In this document: in pieces, positions 18,956 to 28,350 of the stretch
Position numbering within the stretch: position 1 is the stretch's first letter
Layout of the letters: every line of letters starts with the position of its first letter
Notes under the pieces: model-generated
What the model was told of the DNA's origin: nothing
What the model saw: the letters and a program-made list of their open reading frames with translations, nothing else
Databases searched by the model: none
DNA from: Candidatus Iainarchaeum sp.
GTDB lineage: Archaea; Iainarchaeota; Iainarchaeia; Iainarchaeales; JAFCCJ01
Direction: 5' to 3'
Assembly (NCBI GenBank): GCA_017610305.1
Contig: JAFCCJ010000003.1
Span: 1-44,471 of the forward strand
Length of the DNA stretch: 44,471 bases
Translations under genes and position numbers: made by a program

Positions 18956-19041
18956 GAAACCCCTATCCGGGTTTACGGGGCCATCCCTGCTTTGCATCCT
19001 GTTGGGCGCACGCAGGGATATTGCTCGGGCTTCGCCCTCGC
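18956..19041 (+). repeat. tRNA-trailer-like three-hairpin element, stand-alone copy (E4)
   Basis: AAACCC-CTATCC-GGGTTT-AC, ATCCCTGC..GCAGGGAT, TGCTCG-GGCTTCGCC-CTCGC; same architecture as the tRNA-Gly trailers. Confidence 0.7.
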
Positions 19042-19079
19042 TAAAACTTTAAATACCAGTTTGGACTTATTTGTGTCAA

Positions 19080-19403
19080 ATGAAGAAAGAATTTTTTATC
19101 CTCAAATCTTTCCTGAAGATATTTGTGATTTTAATTGCAGTGATTATCGGGGCAATCGTAATTATTACTATGCTGACAACTATCCCTGATGTCCCGGAAG
19201 ATATGAAAATACTCGCCAATGCTAAAATCGAATGTTTAAATCAATATTACGACGAGGCCTCCTGTAAAGCAGATGCTGATGGGTTTGGTAATTTTGGTGG
19301 CGACAAATGGAAGATTGCCTGTTGCTGGTATGTTGAAGAAGAAGCGTGTTTTGCCAAAAAATATTATGGGGAAACAATTCCTTCTCCTCTTGAGAACTGC
19401 TAA
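19080..19403 (+). CDS. Small membrane-anchored Cys-rich hypothetical protein
   Basis: N-terminal TM plus 6 Cys; TTTAAATA at 19048 fits a leaderless start at 19080. Confidence 0.65.
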   Translation: MKKEFFILKSFLKIFVILIAVIIGAIVIITMLTTIPDVPEDMKILANAKIECLNQYYDEASCKADADGFGNFGGDKWKIACCWYVEEEACFAKKYYGETIPSPLENC

Positions 19404-20702
19404 TTACCCAATCCTACTAACAACAACCTCATCATCACCATACATATTTTTCTTTACCCTGCCAATAATTGTAATTTCCTTCTCCTTTAATTTCGGCAGT
19501 AATTCCTCAACAATATCCTCAGGGTTTTTCCTTTCAAGTAGCTCCCTGAACTCATTGTTATCCAAACCCAGCAATTTCTCCCCATCCCCGCCAAAACCAA
19601 CAACCCCGATGCTTGCGGTGTCGTCTTCAACCTCCACCTTAACCAATGCCTTCTTTTTTGGAGTTTTAACCTCTCCACACTTATCGCAAATGAAATTCTC
19701 CCCCAACGAAGAAACAGATTTCCCGCACTTATCGCAAACAAGATAATGCAGTTTCCCGGCTCGAATTTCAGAAATCTTTCCGATGATTTTAACCATCTCA
19801 TTTCCCACAATCTGGTTAATTTTCTTCCCCTCCACCTCTTCAGCACACAATTCCGCCAGGGCAGGCATTTCCCTTTTCGGGTTTTTCAGAATCCTCGCCT
19901 TCCAGCCCAAATTCAATTCAACCCCCTGCAGCCCTTCCTTTGCATAGGCCCCCTCGATTTTTATCAAATCGCCGACATTCAATTCCCTCAACACATCCAC
20001 CATCTCATTCCAAACAGCGGCCCTGCACCTTCCCTTTTCATCGGCAAGCATAAAATTCCCGACCTTTCCTGAACCCTTTTCAGAACTGAACTCCCTGGCC
20101 TCAAAGATTGCGGCAATCCTTGCAACAACATCAACATCCCCCAAACCCACAACCAATTCATTTAGCTTTAAACTTTTTGATTCAAGTTCGGCAAGTTCCA
20201 TCTTCTGCTTCTCATCCAGCAACAATTGCCCGCCCCGCCCCAAATTCAGCTGCAGTTTATCATTGAATGATTTAGTATAACATCCCTTCAGCATAATTGT
20301 GGAGCCGCGCTCAATCTTAAGGTCATTTAATTTATCCACATCATCATTCCAGATGGTTAATCTCATTTCCCCGGAATCGTCATCTATGATAAGGCTGCAT
20401 AATTTTCCTGTTTTCCCGTCCTTCTCAAAACTCTTCGGCTGGAAAATCTGCTTTGCCCTGACAATTAGCGAGATGCCGTTCATCCCCTCTTCCAGATCAG
20501 AAATTTTCTTCCCCTTGCTGCTGCCTTCAGAAAGCCCAATCCCCATCTCTTTTGCAACCATAAATGCCGCGCCCTGCTCGCTCAGCAAACCGGAGAATTT
20601 TTCCATCTTTTCGGAGATTTTTTCTTCTGCCTCTTCCTTACTTTTGCCTGCAGAAACAATCTTTTGGATAATCTCCTCTTTTGATTCAAGTGAAGGGTTC
20701 AT
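19404..20702 (-). CDS. rpa: Replication protein A (multiple OB folds plus Zn ribbon)
   Basis: SGLLSEQGAAFMVA N-terminus, DDSGEMRLTIWN and ADEKG..AVWN OB motifs, CDKC..CDKC, DDTASI. Confidence 0.88.
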   Translation of the reverse strand: MNPSLESKEEIIQKIVSAGKSKEEAEEKISEKMEKFSGLLSEQGAAFMVAKEMGIGLSEGSSKGKKISDLEEGMNGISLIVRAKQIFQPKSFEKDGKTGKLCSLIIDDDSGEMRLTIWNDDVDKLNDLKIERGSTIMLKGCYTKSFNDKLQLNLGRGGQLLLDEKQKMELAELESKSLKLNELVVGLGDVDVVARIAAIFEAREFSSEKGSGKVGNFMLADEKGRCRAAVWNEMVDVLRELNVGDLIKIEGAYAKEGLQGVELNLGWKARILKNPKREMPALAELCAEEVEGKKINQIVGNEMVKIIGKISEIRAGKLHYLVCDKCGKSVSSLGENFICDKCGEVKTPKKKALVKVEVEDDTASIGVVGFGGDGEKLLGLDNNEFRELLERKNPEDIVEELLPKLKEKEITIIGRVKKNMYGDDEVVVSRIG

Positions 20703-20824
20703 TTTTAATCAACAGCCTGAAATATTTTGAAACTGAAATATTCTAAAGGGGGTATGTTATGTAGAAGTTATTCCCTTAACAAGCTTTTTAAGATATTTCG
20801 CCCTCTCTTTTTGAGTGATTTTGC

Positions 20825-21475
20825 TTGTTTGAGGAGGTTTTTCCCAATTTATTTGCTTTTTACGCAACCGATTACAGTGCGAATTCCTACCTTTTAGTGG
20901 GCAAAAAGACGGTTTTAATAGACACAGGGTTAAAATCAGGGGGGCCTGCATTAAAGGATTCTTTAGCAGCTGTTGGATTTGCGCCTGAGGACATCGATTC
21001 GCTACTCCTAACACACGGCCATTCTGACCATTTTGGCGCCTCATATCTCTTTCCAAATGCCGAGATATATATGCACAAATTTGATGCCACCTATGTGAAT
21101 ATCAAGGACGTAATATTCACTGCCTCGGCAAGGCTCAATAACCTTTATTTTCCCAGAATCACCAAAAATTATGAAATTGATTCCCTTATTGATGTGGCCC
21201 CCTTTAAACTGAGGGTTATAAGCACTCCAGGGCATACTAAGGGAAGTATCTGCCTGTATGAGGAAAAAAGCAAATTCCTTTTCAGCGGGGACACCATTTT
21301 CAGCGGTTCTGTGGGCAGGCATGACCTCCCCAGCGGAAGCAAATTAGAGCTTATTGATTCCTTAAAAAGGCTGCAAAAACTGGATTTTGACTATCTTTTC
21401 CCAGGCCATGGATTAATGCTAAAAGAGGGGCAGGAAGAGAACATTAAAATGGGGATTGAGCTGCTTTCCCAGTGA
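20825..21475 (+). CDS. Metallo-beta-lactamase-fold hydrolase (glyoxalase II-like)
   Basis: LIDTG, THGHSDH, TPGHTKGS, FSGDTIF, PGHG. Confidence 0.92.
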   Translation: MFEEVFPNLFAFYATDYSANSYLLVGKKTVLIDTGLKSGGPALKDSLAAVGFAPEDIDSLLLTHGHSDHFGASYLFPNAEIYMHKFDATYVNIKDVIFTASARLNNLYFPRITKNYEIDSLIDVAPFKLRVISTPGHTKGSICLYEEKSKFLFSGDTIFSGSVGRHDLPSGSKLELIDSLKRLQKLDFDYLFPGHGLMLKEGQEENIKMGIELLSQ

Positions 21476-21525
21476 TAAGGATTTTTATAAATCTATCCTA
21501 CCAAATAATATTGAAGGTAATCTAT

Positions 21526-22314
21526 ATGACGAAGCATTTTGGGCAGTTCTATAAGAGAATGGTGGATGACATTTCCGAACTTGGAGGATTAACCTTTTTG
21601 GTTATTGATCCCCCAAACCAGTCGCCAGAGATAGCCGGCAGGACAGCAAAACTCGCTGAAGAGGTTGGCGTAAACGCAATTGCGGTCGGGGGAAGTGTTG
21701 GTGCCCAGGGGGAATTATTGGATGGGACAATTTTACAGATAAAAGAAAATTCTTCGCTTCCTGTTGTGCTTTTCCCTGGAAACATTGCAACCATTTCCAA
21801 ACATGCAGATGCAATTTATTTTATGTCAATGCTGAATTCGCTTGACCCCTATTACATTTCCGGCGCGCAGACAGTTTCCTCAATGCCGATAAAAAGATTG
21901 GGCCTTGAGCCAATCCCGACCTCATACATAATAGTTGAACCTGGAAGGGCAGTTGGCTGGGTTGGAAGGGCGAAAATAATTCCCCGGGAACTTCCCTATC
22001 TTGCGGCAGCAACTGCTTTGGCCGGGGAGTTTATGGGAGCGCATACTTGTATTTTGGAGGCAGGCGGAGGAGCACCCTCTCCGGCACCTATTGAGATGGT
22101 GAAAATGGTAAAGGACACAATCAACATACCCTTAATTGTCGCAGGCGGGGTAAGGAATGAGAAGTATGCCTATGATACAATAAGGGCGGGTGCTGATGTA
22201 ATCCATGTTGGAACCGCAATTGAGGAAACAAGTTCTGATTTAAAAGCCGCAAAATCCAAACTCACAAAAATAACCTCCGCAGTCAAAAAGGCGGGGAAAG
22301 AAAAGTTGAAGTAA
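21526..22314 (+). CDS. pcrB: Geranylgeranylglyceryl phosphate synthase
   Basis: IDP, VGGS, LFPGN, ADAIYFMSMLNS, LEAGGGA, GGGVR; ATG 21526 preferred. Confidence 0.9.
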   Translation: MTKHFGQFYKRMVDDISELGGLTFLVIDPPNQSPEIAGRTAKLAEEVGVNAIAVGGSVGAQGELLDGTILQIKENSSLPVVLFPGNIATISKHADAIYFMSMLNSLDPYYISGAQTVSSMPIKRLGLEPIPTSYIIVEPGRAVGWVGRAKIIPRELPYLAAATALAGEFMGAHTCILEAGGGAPSPAPIEMVKMVKDTINIPLIVAGGVRNEKYAYDTIRAGADVIHVGTAIEETSSDLKAAKSKLTKITSAVKKAGKEKLK

Positions 22315-22323
22315 CTCTGATTT

Positions 22324-22542
22324 TTATTTTTGCCTTTGTTCAAGCCAACTTTTTAAATGAGGCACATTCCTAAAACGAAATTCTGAAGCAACAGATCGTA
22401 ATGTTTGTGGAGAAGGATTTTTACCAAGAGATTTTAAAATTTGAGACATATTTCTAGTTCCCCTAGAACCATACCTTGCAATAAAAGCTGCCTGAGTGCC
22501 AGTTGTTGGTTTTTTTCTCTGAAGCAATCCCATCATTTTCAC
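22324..22542 (-). CDS. Small basic hypothetical protein
   Basis: 72 aa ORF filling the gap and overlapping the epimerase stop; no recognisable motif. Confidence 0.5.
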   Translation of the reverse strand: MKMMGLLQRKKPTTGTQAAFIARYGSRGTRNMSQILKSLGKNPSPQTLRSVASEFRFRNVPHLKSWLEQRQK

Positions 22543-23453
22543 CCAATTAATTTCTCCTCTTTCATCTCTTTAAGCATTTCCTTTATTCCCTGCTCGGTGG
22601 AGTACTTCGGTTTCCAGCCCAGTTTTTTGATTTTTTCGATTGAATAGTTTCTCTCCCTGACAACCCTTTTCACATGTGCAGGGGTGAGTATTGTTTTCCC
22701 GCCCAGGATTTTTGATTTCAGCAATGAGAAATATGAAAGTATTTTGGCAACAGGGTAGGGAATGCTCCCAACAGTTTTCTTAATTCCCAGTTCCTGGTAA
22801 ATTATTTCATAAACCGCCCTCAATTTCTTCCCCCCGTCCTCGGCAACAATGTAAATCTCGCCGCTGCTTTCCTCCCTGTCAATGGCAAAAGCAATTGCGC
22901 TGACCAAATCATTCACATATATCATTTGCCATGAATTCTTTCCGCCCCCGACCAAGGGAAAGCCGCGCTGTATAAATCTCACAATTTTCCTCCAGTATTT
23001 GTTGTTCCCGTAAACAAGAGCGCTACGCAGAACCATCACAGGCATAATTTCCTGATAACTTAAAACCGCCTTTTCGGCCTTGGCCTTGCTTTCCTCATAT
23101 TTTGTTTCAGGATTCACAGGAGTTTTCTCATTTGCCCGCCCCTTTAATTTTCCCATCACTCCGCAGGAGGAAAGATGAATAAATTTGCCAACCCCTGCCT
23201 TTGTGCTTGCCTCGAGAAAATTTTTCGTCCCATCAACATTTATTGAAAACAAGTCAGGTGAATTTTCATCCAGTTCTGCGGCAAGGTGAACCACTGCATC
23301 AATGCCCTTTACAGCTTCCCTTGCCTGTTTGGCGTCCCTAACATCCATTTCAAGCTCGCGGGAAAATTCCTTAATTTTGTGCCCCTTCTTATTCAGTGCC
23401 ACAACCAGCCTTTTTCCCACAAAGCCCCCTGAACCGGTGATTAAAACATTCAT
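22539..23453 (-). CDS. NAD-dependent epimerase/dehydratase (extended SDR)
   Basis: TGSGGFVG, VHLAA, YEESK, VYG. Confidence 0.92.
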   Translation of the reverse strand: MNVLITGSGGFVGKRLVVALNKKGHKIKEFSRELEMDVRDAKQAREAVKGIDAVVHLAAELDENSPDLFSINVDGTKNFLEASTKAGVGKFIHLSSCGVMGKLKGRANEKTPVNPETKYEESKAKAEKAVLSYQEIMPVMVLRSALVYGNNKYWRKIVRFIQRGFPLVGGGKNSWQMIYVNDLVSAIAFAIDREESSGEIYIVAEDGGKKLRAVYEIIYQELGIKKTVGSIPYPVAKILSYFSLLKSKILGGKTILTPAHVKRVVRERNYSIEKIKKLGWKPKYSTEQGIKEMLKEMKEEKLIG

Positions 23454-23506
23454 ACATTTCTTTGGATTGAATCTTATTAAAAGCTTTTTTTGTCGAAGGA
23501 ATTAAT

Positions 23507-24529
23507 ATGATTGGTATTGATGCCGCCCCTGGAGGGCAGGTTTTTAGGACCTCAATAGGCCTTGCGGCACTTACAGGGAAGGAGGTTGAAATAAGGAATA
23601 TCCGTTCGAAAAGGCCAAATCCTGGTTTAAGGGCACAGCATCTAACTGCACTACAAACAGTGGCAAAAATGTGCAATGCAACTATTGAGGGGGCATCCAA
23701 AGGCTCTGGAACGGTAAAATTCTCGCCCGGGCAATTGAAAGAAACCGCTCTGAAAGTGAATATAGGGACGGCAGGTTCAGCAACGCTACTTTTACAATCC
23801 GCAATGTTTCCTGCACTGAAATCCGAAAATAAGTTGCGGGTGAATGGAGGCACTGATGTTGAATGGAGTCCGCCCTTTGCATATCTGGATAGGGTGCTGC
23901 TCCCTGTCCTGAATTCAATCGGGTGCAATTTCTCCGCTGAATTAGTGAAAAGGGGCTACTACCCAAAAGGCAATGGAATAATTTCCTTCAAATCCTCTCC
24001 CGCAAAACTTCCCCTCAAACCGCTGAACATCACTAAAATTGAGGATATTGAAATAATCAAGATTTTCTCCCACTCAGCATCCCTGGCTGCCGATGTCGCA
24101 AGAAACCAGATGATTGCCGCGAAAAAAGAACTGTTGCCACTTAATGCCGATTTTGCCGAATGCATTGAAACCAAAGAGAACAATGAAACCATTGGTTCGG
24201 GCATTGAGCTCTTTGCCCAATTCCCCTCAAGGGTTTTTATCGGCGCAAATGCCCTTGGAAAAAAAGGGCTTCCAGCCAACGAGGTTGGCAAAAAAGCGGC
24301 GAGAAAATTAATTTCTGAGCTGGAAAAACAAAGCCCTGTCGACAAACACCTTATGGACCAATTAATTCCTTTTATGGCGCTTGCAAAAGGTAGGAGTGAA
24401 ATAGCCTGCACAGAAATAACTGAGCACACAAAAAACAATATTTCGGTGTGCGAAAAAATTCTAGGTGTTAAATTCGAAATTGAAAAAGATGAAAGAAATA
24501 TTTCTGTTGAGGGAATTGGTTTCAAATAA
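23507..24529 (+). CDS. rtcA: RNA 3'-terminal phosphate cyclase
   Basis: GGQVFRTS, NIRSKRPNPGLRAQHL, GGTDV.WSP, RGYYPKG, DKHLMDQL. Confidence 0.93.
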   Translation: MIGIDAAPGGQVFRTSIGLAALTGKEVEIRNIRSKRPNPGLRAQHLTALQTVAKMCNATIEGASKGSGTVKFSPGQLKETALKVNIGTAGSATLLLQSAMFPALKSENKLRVNGGTDVEWSPPFAYLDRVLLPVLNSIGCNFSAELVKRGYYPKGNGIISFKSSPAKLPLKPLNITKIEDIEIIKIFSHSASLAADVARNQMIAAKKELLPLNADFAECIETKENNETIGSGIELFAQFPSRVFIGANALGKKGLPANEVGKKAARKLISELEKQSPVDKHLMDQLIPFMALAKGRSEIACTEITEHTKNNISVCEKILGVKFEIEKDERNISVEGIGFK

Positions 24530-25603
24530 TCAGTTTGCCTTGACTTTAATAAAAACATCAGGCCCGATTGTTTTAAATTCTGCGTTTTCGAACTCAACCC
24601 ATTTTTTCAGTTTAATGCCGCTGAAAACATCCAAACCCCTGCCTATAATTTTAGGTGAAATGAAGAAATAGAATTCATCAACAACCCCTGCTTTAATTGC
24701 AGAGGCATTAAGTGCTGCTCCGCCCTCAATCAAAACACTTTGAATGCCCATTTTAACCAATTCCTTCATCAGTCCATTAAAATCAACAACCCCTTCACGT
24801 TCCTTTACAATAACCGGCAATGCCCCCATCTCCATAAGCTTCTGCATCCTTGCCTTTGGCGCCCTTTTGGTTGTTGCAACAACCGTAAGCCCCTTTTGCT
24901 TCAGTATCTTTGATTTAAGCGGAATCCTGCCGTTGGTATCAAGAACAACCCTCACCGGATTTCTCCCGCCCTTAATCCTGCATGTAATTTTCGGGTCATC
25001 CCTCACCACAGTGTTTATCCCGATCATTACTGCATCAAACCTGTTACGCATTTTTTGAACCAGGTTTCTGCTTTCTGCAGAGGAAATCCATTTGCTTTTC
25101 CCGCGTTCATTGGCAATCTTCCCGTCAAGGCTTATTGCCGCCTTTAGTGCCACAAAGGCGGTGCCGCTTTTTATGCGCTTGAAATAGAATTTGTTAAGTT
25201 CAATGGCTTCCTCAAGTTCAATTAATTTTGTTTTGATTTTCGCCTTTTTTAATATTTTTTCCGAATTGGCGCATGCAACAGGGTTAGGATCTTTTGATGC
25301 GAAAACAACCGTCTTAATCCCTGCCTGAATTATTGCCTCGGTGCAGGGCGGGTTCTTTCCATAATGGCAGCATGGCTCTAAAGAAATGTACAGTGTTCCT
25401 CCCCTTGCCCTTCTCCCTGTCTTTTCAAGTGCAACAACTTCCGCATGCCTTCCCCCGAACTTTTTATGGTGGCCCCTGCCGACAACTATTCCTTTCTTTA
25501 CAACAACAGCCCCAACTAATGGATTTGGCGAGACCTTCCCAATACCTTTTCTTGCGAGTTTTACTGCTTCAAGCAGGAATTTTTTATCATCACTCACACC
25601 CAT
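24530..25603 (-). CDS. ribD: Bifunctional deaminase/reductase RibD, bacterial type
   Basis: PNPLVGA, HAE, LEPCCHYGKNPPC, SLDGKIA, SKWIS, DDPKIT, IEGG. Confidence 0.94.
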   Translation of the reverse strand: MGVSDDKKFLLEAVKLARKGIGKVSPNPLVGAVVVKKGIVVGRGHHKKFGGRHAEVVALEKTGRRARGGTLYISLEPCCHYGKNPPCTEAIIQAGIKTVVFASKDPNPVACANSEKILKKAKIKTKLIELEEAIELNKFYFKRIKSGTAFVALKAAISLDGKIANERGKSKWISSAESRNLVQKMRNRFDAVMIGINTVVRDDPKITCRIKGGRNPVRVVLDTNGRIPLKSKILKQKGLTVVATTKRAPKARMQKLMEMGALPVIVKEREGVVDFNGLMKELVKMGIQSVLIEGGAALNASAIKAGVVDEFYFFISPKIIGRGLDVFSGIKLKKWVEFENAEFKTIGPDVFIKVKAN

Positions 25604-25614
25604 AAAAATCAACT

Positions 25615-26460
25615 TTAGAAAAGCAGCATTTCAATCACATTTGGATACAATAGCACAATCAAAACCCCTGCAAAAATAAATGGGGCAAATTTCGGGAGGT
25701 TTCTGTAAACCGCAATCTCGCCTATTTTCAACTCTTTTAGTTTCTCAATTTCCTTCTTTCCGATAGTTTTCTTTATACCCAGCCCTGCCTTTTTCGCAAT
25801 TTCAGAATCAATAAACTCAAGGGCTACAAGTTCGTCCTCCTCAAGTTTATCCAATGAAACCGTCTCCAGATTGAATTCTTTCCTGATTCCCTTTTCCAGC
25901 GCAAGGCGAATTAAAACAATCAGCATTAAACTTCCCATGAAAAGGACAAAGTTTATTGAAACCCCGAACTGCATAATGAGATAGAAGTAAACCACAAGAA
26001 ACAAGGCAAGAACCCCACCCATAATGAACCCATTTTTATTGTAATCAAAATCTATTCCCTTTCGCACATATTTAATAATGTAATAAATTGAGTTGAACAA
26101 AACAGCAAGTGCTATTCCAACAAACAAAACCCCGGCAATAAATGGTGTGTCGGTTTCGCCAAGATAGGGGATAATAAAATTCCCCTGCCCGAAAAAAGGC
26201 ATTAGCAATGCAATTCCGGTTAACAGCTTCACATCCCCCCCGCCAATCTGCCCTAAGAAGTAAAGAAGATATCCTCCCCCAAAAACAGCTGCCGCAATGA
26301 TAAAGGCATTCAAATTAAACTCAATCAGGCTGAATAAAATCCCGATTGCAATCATCGGGTATGTGATATAATCATTTATCAAACCAGTTTTTGTGTCTGT
26401 ATAGGCAGCAGCCGCAGACCCCAAAACCAGAACAAAAATTCTGAAAATCAGCAATTCCAT
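25615..26460 (-). CDS. Prepilin/prearchaellin peptidase (A24)
   Basis: TDTKTGLI, GGGDVK, PKFAPFIFAG; multi-TM. Confidence 0.88.
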   Translation of the reverse strand: MELLIFRIFVLVLGSAAAAYTDTKTGLINDYITYPMIAIGILFSLIEFNLNAFIIAAAVFGGGYLLYFLGQIGGGDVKLLTGIALLMPFFGQGNFIIPYLGETDTPFIAGVLFVGIALAVLFNSIYYIIKYVRKGIDFDYNKNGFIMGGVLALFLVVYFYLIMQFGVSINFVLFMGSLMLIVLIRLALEKGIRKEFNLETVSLDKLEEDELVALEFIDSEIAKKAGLGIKKTIGKKEIEKLKELKIGEIAVYRNLPKFAPFIFAGVLIVLLYPNVIEMLLF

Positions 26461-26494
26461 GTTATAATTTGCTATTGAATGGTTTTAAACTTAA

Positions 26495-26776
26495 TCAGTA
26501 ATTCGATTTAGTTCTGACGCGTTTTTTAGGAAACTCTGGTCTGTCCATTTTGTCTAACATCCGATTAATAATGTATTCTTCAATATCTGCTTCAGTAACA
26601 CTAACTTCTTCAGCGGAAACCCCCGTTTTCTTAGCTTTCCATTCCGCGACCCATTTAGTATTAATATGCTTAGGCCTTTCTGCCTTCCCCACCGTATTTT
26701 TTGACCTGCCTTGCCGTGGATCTTTTTTCTTGTTAAATTTATTTCTTCCAGGTCGCTTCCTACCCATAAGCATCAC
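26495..26776 (-). CDS. Small basic hypothetical protein
   Basis: K/R-rich at both ends; overlaps the srp54 stop; probable start ATG 26767. Confidence 0.55.
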   Translation of the reverse strand: MMLMGRKRPGRNKFNKKKDPRQGRSKNTVGKAERPKHINTKWVAEWKAKKTGVSAEEVSVTEADIEEYIINRMLDKMDRPEFPKKRVRTKSNY

Positions 26777-28116
26777 CTAATCCTCATCTTCTTTTTCCTG
26801 CCGAAACCTTTCATCAGTTTCTCCAGGTCCATTCCGCCCTTTTTCTGCATCTTCTCCAAATCAATCTTTGCCATTTTCTTAGCCATCTTTTCCATGACCT
26901 TGTATTGCTTTAGCAATTCCCTTACATCCGCCTCCTTTTTCCCTGAGCCTTTTGCAATCCTCTGAATCCTGTTCTTGTTCAAAAGTTCCGGCTCTTCCTT
27001 TTCCTTAGCGGTCATGGATTCCATAATAACCTTAAAGCCATCAAGCTTTCCCTCGCCCAATTCCATCATTTCCTTCGGGACCTGCTGGCCCAATCCAGCC
27101 ATGTCCATTACCTTATCCAAAGGGCCCATCTTCCTTGCGGCCTTCAATTGGTTGTAAAAAATTTTCAGGTTAAATTTACCCTCCATAAAGGCTTCGGCAT
27201 TTAATTCCTCTGCCTCAATTTCCTTAACCTTCTCCAGCAAACCCTGCAAATCACCATAGCCCATAATTCTCGAAAGGAACCTTTGCGCGTCAAATGCCTC
27301 CAGATCCGCTGGCTTTTCCCCAGTGCCGATGAAAATAACCGGCGAATCTGTCTCACTGCAGGCAACCAATGCCCCTCCGCCTTTTGCCGAACCATCCATT
27401 CTTGTGAGGATAACTCCATTGACTCCGATAGAATCATGGAATGCCTTTGCCTGCTTTTTAGCAAGCTGCCCGATATCCGCGCCCAAAACCAGCCATGTGT
27501 TGTCCGGCTTCAGAGTCCCGCCTATGGCGACAACCTCTTTTTTCAGTTCAGAATCCAGCGCACTTCTTCCTGCAGAATCAACAATAACCAAATCCTTGCC
27601 CTTGAATTCCTTCATCCCTGCCTCAACAATTCTTGCGGCATTCTTTTCCTTTTTATCCCCGTAAAAATCAATCTTAACTTTTGATGCAAGCTGCATCAAT
27701 TGTTCGTATGCGGCGGGCCTGAATGCATCTGCCCCAATTAGGCCAACTTTCAGCCCGCGCGTTGAATAGTATTTGGCAAGCTTTGCGGCGGTTGTGGTCT
27801 TTCCAGAACCAAATAGCCCCACCAATAAAATCCTTTCAGGTTTTTCAGGGGCATTTCCCTCACCGCCCAATTTCTCGGCAAGCAAATCATAAGTAGTTTT
27901 AATCACATGCTCCCTTCGATTAATTCCCTTAGGGAGATCCTGAAATGCGGCATCCTCAATTTTTTTGCTTATTTCAAGAACCAGTTTAACATCAACATCG
28001 CCGGAGATCAGCGCCCTTTGCAGTTCCTTGACTGCTGCTTTGACGGTCTCCTTATCAAGAACAGAGGAATTTCTGATTTTTTCAATTGCTTTCCTTAAAT
28101 TTTCTCCCAATCCCAT
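26773..28116 (-). CDS. srp54: Signal recognition particle protein SRP54
   Basis: GLFGSGKTT, DSAGR, DGSAKGGG, Met-rich M domain with SMTAKE and RIAKGSG. Confidence 0.97.
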   Translation of the reverse strand: MGLGENLRKAIEKIRNSSVLDKETVKAAVKELQRALISGDVDVKLVLEISKKIEDAAFQDLPKGINRREHVIKTTYDLLAEKLGGEGNAPEKPERILLVGLFGSGKTTTAAKLAKYYSTRGLKVGLIGADAFRPAAYEQLMQLASKVKIDFYGDKKEKNAARIVEAGMKEFKGKDLVIVDSAGRSALDSELKKEVVAIGGTLKPDNTWLVLGADIGQLAKKQAKAFHDSIGVNGVILTRMDGSAKGGGALVACSETDSPVIFIGTGEKPADLEAFDAQRFLSRIMGYGDLQGLLEKVKEIEAEELNAEAFMEGKFNLKIFYNQLKAARKMGPLDKVMDMAGLGQQVPKEMMELGEGKLDGFKVIMESMTAKEKEEPELLNKNRIQRIAKGSGKKEADVRELLKQYKVMEKMAKKMAKIDLEKMQKKGGMDLEKLMKGFGRKKKMRIR

Positions 28117-28192
28117 TCAATCACTTCTATATAGATATATAAGATTTAATAAAGAAAATATAAAAATAGAATAAAATGAAAAAAGAAGAGAC

Positions 28193-28342
28193 TTATTTAG
28201 TCTCTATCTTTTTGGTTCTGAAGTTGGCAAAAGGCCTGTATTTGGTCTTTGTCCATGCCTCTGGCTGCTTCTTCCTGAGCCTAAATTCCTCAGCAAGCAA
28301 TTTTAGCCTGAGTTCTTCAGTAGGTTGTATAGTAACTTCCAT
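28193..28342 (-). CDS. Unannotated 49-aa small protein
   Basis: MEVTIQPTEELRLKLLAEEFRLRKKQPEAWTKTKYRPFANFRTKKIETK*; starts 8 nt after the TRAM stop and is followed by a T-rich tract. Confidence 0.6.
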   Translation of the reverse strand: MEVTIQPTEELRLKLLAEEFRLRKKQPEAWTKTKYRPFANFRTKKIETK

Positions 28343-28350
28343 TAGACTCA

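Noticed and set aside
18937-19041. 5S rRNA, SRP RNA or RNase P RNA
   Set aside because: Lacks their conserved motifs and is too short for SRP or RNase P RNA; better explained as element E4.
18935-19189. 84-aa plus-strand ORF
   Set aside because: TTG start, runs through the hairpin element and overlaps the better 19080 ORF in another frame.
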